DNA of 64,000 nt. Source: a bacterium. GTDB taxonomy: Bacteria > Sysuimicrobiota > Sysuimicrobiia > Sysuimicrobiales > Kaftiobacteriaceae. The notes under the pieces are model-generated. The model ran no database searches and had not been told where the DNA came from. It worked only from the letters and a program-made list of their open reading frames with translations. The stretch covers positions 4,229 through 68,228 of the forward strand of contig DASXUC010000026.1 of NCBI GenBank assembly GCA_036505015.1. Direction: 5' to 3'. The position numbers were made by a program, and so were the translations under genes. Shown in pieces: positions 34,746 through 45,378 of this stretch (the first letter of the stretch is position 1; the number at the start of each line of letters is the position of its first letter).

Positions 34746-35518
34746 GCTGTCGATTTGCCCACGGATGCCTGCCGCAGCACTTCATAGAGTAGCACACCCG
34801 CCGCGACCGCCACGTTGAGAGATGCCAGATGACCCCGCATCGGCAGGCGCACCAGGAAGTCGCAATGCTCGCGCACGAGCCGGCTGAGCCCCTTGCCTTC
34901 TCCTCCCATCACCAGTGCCAGCGGCGGGGCGAGGCGTGCCTGATCGTACAGCTCCCCCGCCGCAGGATCGGCCCCGGCCACCCACAGGCCCGCCCCTTTG
35001 AGCATCTCCAGCGCCTGCACGACATTGGTCACCTGGGCGACCGGCACGTGCTCGATCGCGCCGGCCGATGTCTTGGCCACCGCGGGCGTCAGCCCCACGG
35101 CGCGATGCCTGGCGATGAGTACACCGTGCACGCCCGTGGCCTCGGCAGTGCGGAGGATCGCCCCGAGGTTGGCCGGGTTCTGAAGGCCGTCGACCACGAC
35201 GACGAACGGGGCCTCTCCCTTCGCCCGGGCGCCGTCGAGGATGGCGTCGAGGCTGACCGTCGGCTTGGCCGAGACGAGTGCCACCGTCCCCTGGTGTGTT
35301 GCCCGCGGGGCGAGGGCGTCCAGACGTGCGACGGTGACGTACTGGACCTGGATGTGCTCACGCCGGGCCGCTTCCAGGATCGCGTGCACGATCCCGCCGG
35401 TGACGACGCCTTTGGCGATAAGCAGCTTGCGGATCGGGCGCCCGGCGCGCAGCGCCTCGAGCACGGCGCGCCGCCCTGGGATGGTGTCGGCGCCGCGAGG
35501 GTCGGGGTCCTGGATCAA
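34733..35518 (-). CDS. rlmB: 23S rRNA (guanosine-2'-O)-methyltransferase, SpoU/TrmH family (RlmB/YacO type)
   Basis: SpoU motifs (NLGAILRTAEA...LVMGGEGKGL...SLNVAVAAGVLLYE). Confidence 0.85.
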   Translation of the reverse strand: MIQDPDPRGADTIPGRRAVLEALRAGRPIRKLLIAKGVVTGGIVHAILEAARREHIQVQYVTVARLDALAPRATHQGTVALVSAKPTVSLDAILDGARAKGEAPFVVVVDGLQNPANLGAILRTAEATGVHGVLIARHRAVGLTPAVAKTSAGAIEHVPVAQVTNVVQALEMLKGAGLWVAGADPAAGELYDQARLAPPLALVMGGEGKGLSRLVREHCDFLVRLPMRGHLASLNVAVAAGVLLYEVLRQASVGKSTACDS

Positions 35519-37062
35519 TCGGCTCCCGTGCGCAAGCCGTCGGCGGTTGCCACGCGCCAGCGGGGACCGGTCGGCAGGTCCTCAACCAGGATTCCGGCTG
35601 CGGAGAGTTCGCCGCGGATACGGTCGGCCGTGGAAAAATCGCGCGCCGCCCGGGCCCGTTCCCGTCCCGCGAGCAGGTATGCCACGATCCCATCCAGCCC
35701 GTCCTGCGGCTCCTCGCCGAACAACTGGGGAGCCTGGGTGCGCAGTGCGGCCGCGAGGTCGCGAACCCGGCGTACGACATCCTCATCGGCGGCGCCGGCC
35801 CCGAACTGGAGACCAAGGATTCCCGTCATCTCCACCAGCGCAGCTCGGGCGCGGCTGAGGCCCGGTTCGGCCTGCACGGCTTCGAGGGCGCCCTTGAGCA
35901 CCTGATCGGTCAGGCGGTTCATGTCGGACGCCAGCTGAAAGATCGCGGCCAGTGCGCCCGAGGTATTGAGATCGTCGTCCATGGCGGTCGCGAAGCCGCG
36001 TCGCGCCGCGTCCGTGGACCGCGACAATTCCTGCGACGGAGCGCCGTCTTCTGACAGCCCGCCGGCCCGCTGCACGACCAGATCGGCGGACGCCAGCGCG
36101 GCGCGCAACCGATCGACCGCCCGCGCCGCATCGTCCAATCGCTCCGGTGTGACCTCCAAGGGTTTGCGGTAGTGGACGGCACCCAGCGCATACCGGACGA
36201 CCTGTGGTGAGTACTGCGCCAGCGCATCGGACACGGCGATGTAGTTGTGCTGTGACTTCGACATCTTCTCGCCGCGGACCATCACCATCGCGTTGTGGAT
36301 CCAGAACCGGGCGAACGGCGCGCGCCCGGTATACGCCTCCGACTGCGCGATCTCATTCTCGTGGTGGGGGAAGATCAGGTCGTCGCCGCCGCCATGGATG
36401 TCAAACCCCATGTCCAGATACTTCAGCGACATCGCCGAGCACTCGATATGCCAGCCCGGCCGCCCGCGGCCCCATGGACTCTCCCAACTCGGCTCTCCGG
36501 GCTTGGCGCCCTTCCACAGCGCGAAATCGGCGGGGTGGCGCTTGAATTCACCCGGCTCCACACGCGCCCCCGCCTTCAGATCCTCCAGCACCCGGCCCGA
36601 CAGCTTGCCGTACCCGTCCATTTTTGTCACGTCGAAGTAGACGTCGCCCTCGGCGTAATACGCAAATCCCCGGTCAATCAGCCGCTGGATCATCTCGATC
36701 ATCTCGGCAATGTGCTGGCTGGCGCGCGGTTCCACGTGCGGGGGGAGGATCGCGAGCTGCCGGGATGCGTCGCGGTAGTCCGCGATGTAGCGGCCGGTGA
36801 TCGCCTCCGTGGACACGCCCTCCGCCTGGGCGCGGGCGATGATCTTGTCCTCGACGTCGGTAATGTTCTGCACGTGCCGGACCGCCAGGTCCTGCGCTTC
36901 CAGGTAGCGCCGCAGGATGTCGAAGACGATTGCCGCGCGCATGTGCCCGAGATGCGTCACGTCGTAGACGGTGGGTCCACACACGTACATCGCGACCTTG
37001 CCGGGGTCGCGGGGAACAAAGTCCTCTGTCCTCTTGGTGAGTGAGTTGTGGAGGCGCAGCAT
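35515..37062 (-). CDS. cysS: Cysteine--tRNA ligase
   Basis: HLGH (HIGH-class) and KMSKS motifs. 515 aa. Confidence 0.95.
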   Translation of the reverse strand: MLRLHNSLTKRTEDFVPRDPGKVAMYVCGPTVYDVTHLGHMRAAIVFDILRRYLEAQDLAVRHVQNITDVEDKIIARAQAEGVSTEAITGRYIADYRDASRQLAILPPHVEPRASQHIAEMIEMIQRLIDRGFAYYAEGDVYFDVTKMDGYGKLSGRVLEDLKAGARVEPGEFKRHPADFALWKGAKPGEPSWESPWGRGRPGWHIECSAMSLKYLDMGFDIHGGGDDLIFPHHENEIAQSEAYTGRAPFARFWIHNAMVMVRGEKMSKSQHNYIAVSDALAQYSPQVVRYALGAVHYRKPLEVTPERLDDAARAVDRLRAALASADLVVQRAGGLSEDGAPSQELSRSTDAARRGFATAMDDDLNTSGALAAIFQLASDMNRLTDQVLKGALEAVQAEPGLSRARAALVEMTGILGLQFGAGAADEDVVRRVRDLAAALRTQAPQLFGEEPQDGLDGIVAYLLAGRERARAARDFSTADRIRGELSAAGILVEDLPTGPRWRVATADGLRTGAD

Positions 37063-37112
37063 TACTGTTCAGTGTAGCCACGCCACCGCCGGCGTGGCAA
37101 GATTACCGTTGC

Positions 37113-37466
37113 CTACTGGGTGTGTTCGGGAGATTCGACGGCGTCGAGGTCGGCACAGACTTCCCACTCGCGGCGCGCCCGCAGCGTCCGTGCATCCACC
37201 CGATGCCAGCGTCGGAGGTCGACGCATCCCCGATCCGTCACGACGCGCAGGAAGGCTTCACCGTGTTCGTAACGCGCCTCGACGATCTTCAGGACGCGGT
37301 GAAACTGCCCGCCGCGCCAGAAGCCGGTCACGACGGAGCGGAAGGCGCCGGGCCGATCGACTTCGACGGCGACGGGCTCGGAGATGACCGCGCGCTCTAC
37401 GAAAAGAAGGTGCGGGATTTCGACCTCGTCGCGTCGGGCATGCGGTCGCCGGTTCACCGGCGCCAT
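37113..37466 (-). CDS. Hypothetical protein
   Basis: About 117 aa from the ATG at 37466. No family recognised. The track ORF N-terminus is repeat-encoded. Confidence 0.4.
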   Translation of the reverse strand: MAPVNRRPHARRDEVEIPHLLFVERAVISEPVAVEVDRPGAFRSVVTGFWRGGQFHRVLKIVEARYEHGEAFLRVVTDRGCVDLRRWHRVDARTLRARREWEVCADLDAVESPEHTQ

Positions 37467-37475
37467 CCTTCCACT

Positions 37476-37561
37476 GGCGAACGGGGAACGGGGAACGGGG
37501 AACGCGATCCGCACGGCCGTGGCCTCGTCATCTGTTCCCTGTTCCCTGTCCCCTGTTCCCA
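37476..37561. repeat. Near-perfect inverted heptad arrays, 4 x GGGGAAC / 4 x GTTCCCY, with a 30-nt spacer
   Basis: GGCGAAC GGGGAAC GGGGAAC GGGGAAC, spacer containing the palindrome CACGGCCGTG, then GTTCCCT GTTCCCT GTCCCCT GTTCCCA. The right arm encodes the ispDF C-terminal tail. Confidence 0.9.
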
Positions 37562-38715
37562 ATCAAGGTCGCCACGGCCTGCGCGGCGATGCCTTCGTGG
37601 CGGCCGATCGCCCCCAGCCCTTCCATCGTCGTCGCCTTCAGGTTCACCGCCCGCGACGGAATGCCCAGCGCGCCGGCCAGCGCCTGGGTCATCTGCGGGA
37701 GATACGGCCCAATCATCGGCGCCTCCGCGAGGACGGTGACGTCAACGTGCGCGATCTCCCATCCCTCCGCCCCGACCGCCGAGGCCACCTCACGCAGCAG
37801 GGCGATGCTGTCGGCGCCCTCGTACGCGGCGTCGGTGGGCGGAAATCGCCTGCCGATGTCGCCCAGCCCGGCGGCACCCAGCAGCGCATCCATGACGGCG
37901 TGGGCGACGACATCGGCGTCGGAATGACCCAGCAGACCTCGCTCGCTGTCGATCACGACGCCGCCAAGCACCAGGCGCCGGCCTGCCGCAAGACGGTGCA
38001 CATCGAATCCGATCCCCGTGCGCACGGCCGCGGGGCGGTGTGCCGTGGCCAGCATGGCTTCCGCCAGCGCGAGGTCGTCGGGCACGGTGACCTTCAGGTT
38101 GAGGACGGAGTCCTCAACCATCCGCACGGGCTGTCCGCAGCGCTCGACCATCCCGGCATCGTCGGAGGCGTGCCAGCCTTCCTGCAGCGCCTGCTCGTGC
38201 GCCCGCCGCAGCAGGTGCGTGGCAAACGCTTGGGGCGTGTGGGCAATCCACAGACGATCGCGGTCCACTGTCTCGACCGCCTGGCCGCCCTCGACCAGTT
38301 TGACGGTTTGCCTGATGGGAATGCCCGCCGACGCGGCGCCGGTCTCTTGGGCCGCGGCGATGACCCGATCGACCAGGGCGGGTCGCACCAGCGGCCGGGC
38401 GCCGTCATGCACCGCAACGAGCGGCGCGGAACCGACTTCCGCCAGGCCGGAGAACACCGAGCCCTGCCGGTCGGCGCCGCCCGGAACGACGGCGCCCACT
38501 TTGCCGCAGCCGGCGGCTGAGAGCAGTGAGCGCGCCCGGGCCACGTCGTCGGTCCCCACAACGACAATGATGCGCCCGACGAGGGCGGCGGCTTCGAGGG
38601 CGCGGACCGCATGCACCAGCAGTGGGATACCGGCGAGGGTGACGAAGGCTTTGGGCCCGCGGGCCCCCAGGCGTTCCCCGCGTCCGGCGGCGACCACGAC
38701 GGCCGCAGCCGTCAT
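37528..38715 (-). CDS. ispDF: Bifunctional IspD/IspF (MEP cytidylyltransferase / MEcPP synthase)
   Basis: N-terminal VVAAGRGERLG (IspD). C-terminal GIGFDVHRL...GHSDADV...DIG (IspF). The last ~10 codons (GNRGQGTGNR) are encoded by a heptad array. Confidence 0.9.
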   Translation of the reverse strand: MTAAAVVVAAGRGERLGARGPKAFVTLAGIPLLVHAVRALEAAALVGRIIVVVGTDDVARARSLLSAAGCGKVGAVVPGGADRQGSVFSGLAEVGSAPLVAVHDGARPLVRPALVDRVIAAAQETGAASAGIPIRQTVKLVEGGQAVETVDRDRLWIAHTPQAFATHLLRRAHEQALQEGWHASDDAGMVERCGQPVRMVEDSVLNLKVTVPDDLALAEAMLATAHRPAAVRTGIGFDVHRLAAGRRLVLGGVVIDSERGLLGHSDADVVAHAVMDALLGAAGLGDIGRRFPPTDAAYEGADSIALLREVASAVGAEGWEIAHVDVTVLAEAPMIGPYLPQMTQALAGALGIPSRAVNLKATTMEGLGAIGRHEGIAAQAVATLIGNRGQGTGNR

Positions 38716-39806
38716 CGCCGTTCTTGCGTGGCGCCGTGCGCTTCCTGGCCCGCGCGCGGCAGGTCCTTGGGCCGGCCGAAAATCATGCGCCCCGCTACAG
38801 TCTGCAGCACGCTGGTCACAATGACCTCCGAGGTCTCTCCGATCAACCGCTTGCCACCTTCGACGACCACCATCGTCCCGTCGTCGAGATAGCCAATCCC
38901 CTGCCCCGCTTCTTTGCCGTCCTTGATGACCTGGACGGTCAGCTCCTCACCCGGGAGCAGGATCGGTCGCAGCGACTGGGAGAGCTCGTTGATGTTCAGC
39001 ACGCGAATGCCCTGCAGCTCCGCAACCTTGTTGAGATTGAAGTCATTGGTCACGATCCACCCACGCATGTGCTTGGCCAGCGCAACCAGCCGGCCGTCCA
39101 CGTCGAGGTTGACATCGGCGGTGTCATCGACGATCTGCACCGCCTGCATCTCCTGCTGCAGACGGTTCAGGATGTCCAGCCCGCGGCGCCCGCGGTTGCG
39201 CCGCAGCGTGTCCGAAGAATCCGCGATCCGCTGCAGCTCGGCCAGGACGGAGCGCGGGACGACCAGCGGGCCTTCCAGAAAACCGGCCCGTACCACGTCG
39301 GCGATCCGGCCGTCGATCACCACGCTGGTATCGAGGATCTTGGGAACCCCACGCGCGCGAGTGCGCTCGCGGCCGGCCCGATCGGAGCGGCCGATCGGCA
39401 GACTCACCTCGTCGCGCCGCTGCACCACCAGCTGCAGGCCGAGGTATCCCAACACCAGCGCCGCGGCGAGCGCCAGGTATGGACCGATCCCTGGAATGCG
39501 CGAGAGCGGGTACCCGACGAGAAACGCCAGTACCAACCCCGCGCCCAGGCCGAGCGCGCCCAGCGCCATGTCCCGGATGGAGAAATGGGAAAGCCGATCC
39601 AGCACCCAGGCCATGGCGCGCTCGAACCAGCGCCACAGCCCCACCGCGGCAAGCGAACCTACCACCGCGCCGGCAACCAGGGCCCCGATGAGGATCGGCA
39701 GCGCGAATGGCTGCAGGTTGTCAGACAGCTTAATCAGTTCACCGGCGAGCTGGTTGCCGACCACGGCGCCCAGCAGCGCCCCGGCAAGACGAATGACAAT
39801 TGTCAT
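38712..39806 (-). CDS. yacL: PIN/TRAM-domain membrane protein (YacL type)
   Basis: N-terminal TM helices, PIN domain (ILDTSVVIDGRI...) and TRAM C-terminus. Start refined to the ATG at 39806. Confidence 0.85.
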   Translation of the reverse strand: MTIVIRLAGALLGAVVGNQLAGELIKLSDNLQPFALPILIGALVAGAVVGSLAAVGLWRWFERAMAWVLDRLSHFSIRDMALGALGLGAGLVLAFLVGYPLSRIPGIGPYLALAAALVLGYLGLQLVVQRRDEVSLPIGRSDRAGRERTRARGVPKILDTSVVIDGRIADVVRAGFLEGPLVVPRSVLAELQRIADSSDTLRRNRGRRGLDILNRLQQEMQAVQIVDDTADVNLDVDGRLVALAKHMRGWIVTNDFNLNKVAELQGIRVLNINELSQSLRPILLPGEELTVQVIKDGKEAGQGIGYLDDGTMVVVEGGKRLIGETSEVIVTSVLQTVAGRMIFGRPKDLPRAGQEAHGATQERR

Positions 39807-39895
39807 GCTGCCACCACAAGAGTCCGCTTCGTGTCTACTATATCGTCTTTTCCCTTGGACGGTCACAGCCACCGCGGGTGTTTAGCCGAACTTTC

Positions 39896-39933
39896 TTGAC
39901 AGTATTTTCAGACCGAGACTATAATCAGTCTCG
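39896..39933 (+). promoter_or_regulatory. Consensus SigA-type promoter with a palindrome straddling the -10 element
   Basis: TTGACA (39896-39901) - 18 nt - TATAAT (39920-39925). Inverted repeat CGAGACT-ATAATC-AGTCTCG spans 39914-39933. Confidence 0.65.
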
Positions 39934-39981
39934 ACCAACGGGCAGAGCGCACTCGCTTCCATCATCTCGCTTCAGGAGGGC

Positions 39982-40380
39982 GTGATGAAAGGCACCGAGG
40001 AGATCCGCTTCCAGGATACGGTTTCGCAGTACCTGCTCCGGCACCGCAGCATCCTCGACGTGCAGTCCAAGCTCACCGAGTCCGCAGCCCGCGTGAACCG
40101 CGCGCTGGCGAAAGCCGTCACCTCCTGCGGGTGCATCAGCGTCAGCGCCGAGCGCCAGCGGTTCCCCACCGAGGTCAGCCTGAAGGAACTCAAACAGTTC
40201 ATGGCCACCCACGTCCACGGCGACCTGTGCGACAAATGCCGCGAAGCCGTGGAGACGGAAATCGGGACCACGCTCTTCTACCTCGCGGCGATGTGCACGC
40301 TGCTTGGATTGAATCTCCGCGACGTGGTCGAGAAAGAGTACGGGCGGGTCAGCGCGCTGGGAGTGTTCGGGCTGACCTAA
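39982..40380 (+). CDS. Hypothetical Cys-rich protein (C-terminal helix resembles MazG-like proteins)
   Basis: 132 aa, CGC...C-x2-C, C-terminal EIGTTLFYLAAMCTLLGLNLRDVVEKE. AGGAGGG RBS and a consensus promoter lie upstream. Confidence 0.55.
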   Translation: MMKGTEEIRFQDTVSQYLLRHRSILDVQSKLTESAARVNRALAKAVTSCGCISVSAERQRFPTEVSLKELKQFMATHVHGDLCDKCREAVETEIGTTLFYLAAMCTLLGLNLRDVVEKEYGRVSALGVFGLT

Positions 40381-40388
40381 CGACGGAT

Positions 40389-40453
40389 CAGGGATTAGGG
40401 ATTGGTGAGTAGCCAGTCCCTCTCTTATTTCCTAATCCCAAATCCCCAATCCC
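40389..40453. repeat. Inverted heptad arrays (GGGATTA / TAATCCC, i.e. a CCCCAAT-type unit) filling a convergent gap
   Basis: CAGGGAT TAGGGAT TGG ... CCTAATC CCAAATC CCCAATC CC. Lies exactly between the stop of ORF 39982-40380 and the radA stop. Confidence 0.85.
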
Positions 40454-40457
40454 GTTG

Positions 40458-41813
40458 TTAGGGGATGAGCGCCGCCAGCGCCGCCGCCAGATGCTCGACC
40501 CTCACGATCTCAATCCCCTCCAGAGCAGGCGCATCGGATGTGCGCGGCACCACGACCCGGCGAAAGCCCAGCCGCGCGGCCTCGGCGGTGCGGCGGTTCA
40601 TCTGCGGAACGGCCCGCACTTCTCCGGCCAGCCCGACTTCTCCGATCGCCACGGTCTGGCCCTGGACAGGACGGTCGCGGAGACTGCTGGCCACGGCCGC
40701 GGCCAGGCCGAGGTCGGCCGCCGGTTCGTCGACGCTGACCCCGCCGGCCACACTCGCATAGACGTCGTGGCTGCTCAGGCGGAGCCCGGCGCGTTTCTCC
40801 AGCACGGCGAGCATCAAGATCATGCGGTTGTAGTCCAGCCCGGCGGCGGTCCGCCGGGGCATGCCGAACACGGTCGGGGTGACAAGCGCCTGCACCTCCA
40901 GCAGGACCGGCCGCGTCCCTTCCAGCACGCAGACCACTGCCGACCCGGGAGCCTCAGCCGCGCGCTCGGAGAGGAACGCCGCCGATGGGTTGGGCACTTC
41001 ACGCAGGCCGTCGCCGCGCATTTCGAAGACGCCGATCTCGTTGGTTGACCCGAACCGATTCTTCGTCGCCCGGAGGATGCGGTACGCGTGGTGTTGATCG
41101 CCTTCGAAGTACAGCACGGTGTCGACGATGTGCTCGAGCACACGTGGGCCGGCCAGCTGACCCTCTTTCGTGACGTGTCCCACGATGAACACGGTGATGT
41201 TCTGGCTTTTCGCCATGCGCATCAACGCGGCGGCGCACTCCCGGACCTGGGCCACACTGCCGGGAGCCGAGGGGAGGTCGGGCGTGCTGACGGTCTGAAT
41301 GGAGTCGACGACTACCACCGCGGGGTGCGCACGCTCGCAGGCCGCAATGATCGCCTGCAGGTCGTTCTCCGCCAGCAGCAGCAGCGAGGGCGCGCTCACT
41401 CCGAGACGCTGGCCGCGGAGCCTGATCTGCGCCGCGGACTCTTCGCCGCTGACGTACACGACGGTCTGACCGCCGGCCGACAGATGCTGGCAGGTCTCCA
41501 ACAGCAGCGTACTCTTGCCCGCGCCCGGTTCCCCGCCCACCAGCACCAGTGAGCCGGAGACCAGACCGCCGCCGAGCACCCGGTCCAGTTCACCAATGCC
41601 GGTTGAAGTCCGGGGCTCATCCCCCGCTCCGACGCCGGTAATCGGAATGGGCGTGGCCACGGGTGTGGCGCGCCGCGTCGCCGCAGACGCCGCCGGCGCG
41701 ATCAGTTCTTCCACAAACGTATTCCACTCGCCGCACGACGGACAGCGGCCGAGCCACTTCGGCGAGCTGTGCCCGCAGGTTTGACAAACGTACTGAAGTT
41801 TCGTTTTGCTCAC
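40458..41813 (-). CDS. radA: DNA repair protein RadA (Sms)
   Basis: N-terminal C4 zinc finger (CQTCG...CPSCG), Walker A GEPGAGKST, KNRFG motif, Lon-like C-terminus. Start is probably the GTG at 41813. Confidence 0.95.
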   Translation of the reverse strand: MSKTKLQYVCQTCGHSSPKWLGRCPSCGEWNTFVEELIAPAASAATRRATPVATPIPITGVGAGDEPRTSTGIGELDRVLGGGLVSGSLVLVGGEPGAGKSTLLLETCQHLSAGGQTVVYVSGEESAAQIRLRGQRLGVSAPSLLLLAENDLQAIIAACERAHPAVVVVDSIQTVSTPDLPSAPGSVAQVRECAAALMRMAKSQNITVFIVGHVTKEGQLAGPRVLEHIVDTVLYFEGDQHHAYRILRATKNRFGSTNEIGVFEMRGDGLREVPNPSAAFLSERAAEAPGSAVVCVLEGTRPVLLEVQALVTPTVFGMPRRTAAGLDYNRMILMLAVLEKRAGLRLSSHDVYASVAGGVSVDEPAADLGLAAAVASSLRDRPVQGQTVAIGEVGLAGEVRAVPQMNRRTAEAARLGFRRVVVPRTSDAPALEGIEIVRVEHLAAALAALIP

Positions 41814-41832
41814 GCTTGCACCACCCAACTAC

Positions 41833-41981
41833 GCGATAAGAGCGATAAAGGCGATATGAAAGAACAAGGACCCGCGTGATTTCGGGCCCTCCGAACTGGA
41901 ATCTCTAGATGTGCGGCCAGCGTCGCCGTTATCGCTGTTATCGGTCTTATCGCCGTTATCGCCCTTATCGCCTTTATCGCG
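41833..41981. repeat. Inverted arrays of 9-nt units (3 x GCGATAANN / 6 x GCNNTTATC) in the clpC-radA gap
   Basis: Right arm: GCCGTTATC GCTGTTATC GGTCTTATC GCCGTTATC GCCCTTATC GCCTTTATC, abutting the clpC stop. Left arm: GCGATAAGA GCGATAAAG GCGATATGA. Confidence 0.9.
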
Positions 41982-41984
41982 TAG

Positions 41985-44438
<2,454 letters not shown>

Positions 44439-44673
44439 TACCTGTCCGTCCTCCTCTCCGCCGGGTCCGATTGTGTGGTCCGTGTCAGGTCCGACGATCG
44501 GCGTGACCCTCGCGTTTACCAGCGAGGTGGCAGAGGGTTCGGTTGGTTTGGCCTACGAATTCTGCCCTGCCGGAGTTCCCTCCTGCCGTACAGTCCCAGA
44601 ACACCCTCATTCAGTTGTTACGTATCCTGGACGCGGCCCATTCCCCGCTTCCACTAAGACTTTTCCCTTCCCG

Positions 44674-44710
44674 GCGAAAACAAGACCGGGCAGGACGGCC
44701 GCCTGCCCGG
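44674..44710 (-). terminator. Putative intrinsic terminator of greA
   Basis: On the minus strand: CCGGGCAGG-CGGCCGT-CCTGCCCGG hairpin followed by TCTTGTTTTCG, 34 nt after the greA stop. Confidence 0.7.
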
Positions 44711-44743
44711 TGAGATAGATCGGCCCGCCCTCCGGCAGGCGCG

Positions 44744-45226
44744 CTAATGCTCGACCCGCAGCACGGAAAAGCGCATCTTTCCGGCGGGGGCGACGACTTC
44801 GACCGTTTGCCCTTTGCGCTTGCCCAGCAGGGCATGCCCCACCGGCGATTCGTTGCTGATCTTATCGTGGTCCGGGTCGGCTTCAGGAGACCCCACAATC
44901 ATGTACGTGATCTCCTCGCCGTTGCCCAGATCCTTGAGGTGAACGGTCGATCCCACCGTGACCTGGTCGTGCGGGGCGTTGTGGTTGTCGATGATGCGGG
45001 CGTTGCGGAGCATCTGCTCCAGCTGCAAGATCCGCCCCTCCACAAACGCCTGCTCGTTCTTCGCGTCTTCGTATTCCGCGTTTTCGGACAGGTCCCCGAA
45101 TTCCTTGGACTGCTTGATCCGTTCGGCGACTTCCTTCCGTCGGACCGTCTTCAGGGTCTCCAGCTCCTCTTCCAGCCGGCGGAGACCCTCGGGGGTGAGG
45201 ATGGTTTCTTTTTCTTCTGTGGCCAT
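44744..45226 (-). CDS. greA: Transcription elongation factor GreA
   Basis: 160 aa. Coiled-coil N-terminus with the acidic tip (GDLSENAEYEDAK) and a FKBP-like C-terminus. Confidence 0.95.
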   Translation of the reverse strand: MATEEKETILTPEGLRRLEEELETLKTVRRKEVAERIKQSKEFGDLSENAEYEDAKNEQAFVEGRILQLEQMLRNARIIDNHNAPHDQVTVGSTVHLKDLGNGEEITYMIVGSPEADPDHDKISNESPVGHALLGKRKGQTVEVVAPAGKMRFSVLRVEH

Positions 45227-45261
45227 GCTGGACTCCTAGGTCGATTCGAAATGGCCCCCGA

Positions 45262-45291
45262 CGAAAAACTGAGGGCTGCACACGCCCTCAG
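45262..45291 (-). terminator. Terminator-like hairpin plus U-tract inside the greA 5' leader (possible attenuator)
   Basis: On the minus strand: CTGAGGGC-GTGTGCA-GCCCTCAG followed by TTTTTCG. Located between the predicted promoter (45313-45342) and the greA ATG (45226). Confidence 0.6.
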
Positions 45292-45312
45292 CATCGGTCC
45301 GACCGTGGCCCG

Positions 45313-45342
45313 AGTATATCTTTCTTATGCCGCAAGCGTCAA
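45313..45342 (-). promoter_or_regulatory. SigA-type promoter of greA
   Basis: Minus strand: TTGACG - 18 nt - TATACT. Confidence 0.55.
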
Positions 45343-45378
45343 GGACGCAGACGGGTCATACGTGTGAATATCTGGCGG

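Noticed and set aside
37063-37112. 8-bp hairpin GCCACGCC-ACCGCC-GGCGTGGC just upstream of cysS as a T-box element or terminator.
   Set aside because: The gap is far too short for a T-box leader, and no U-tract follows the stem on the transcribed strand. It is left unassigned.
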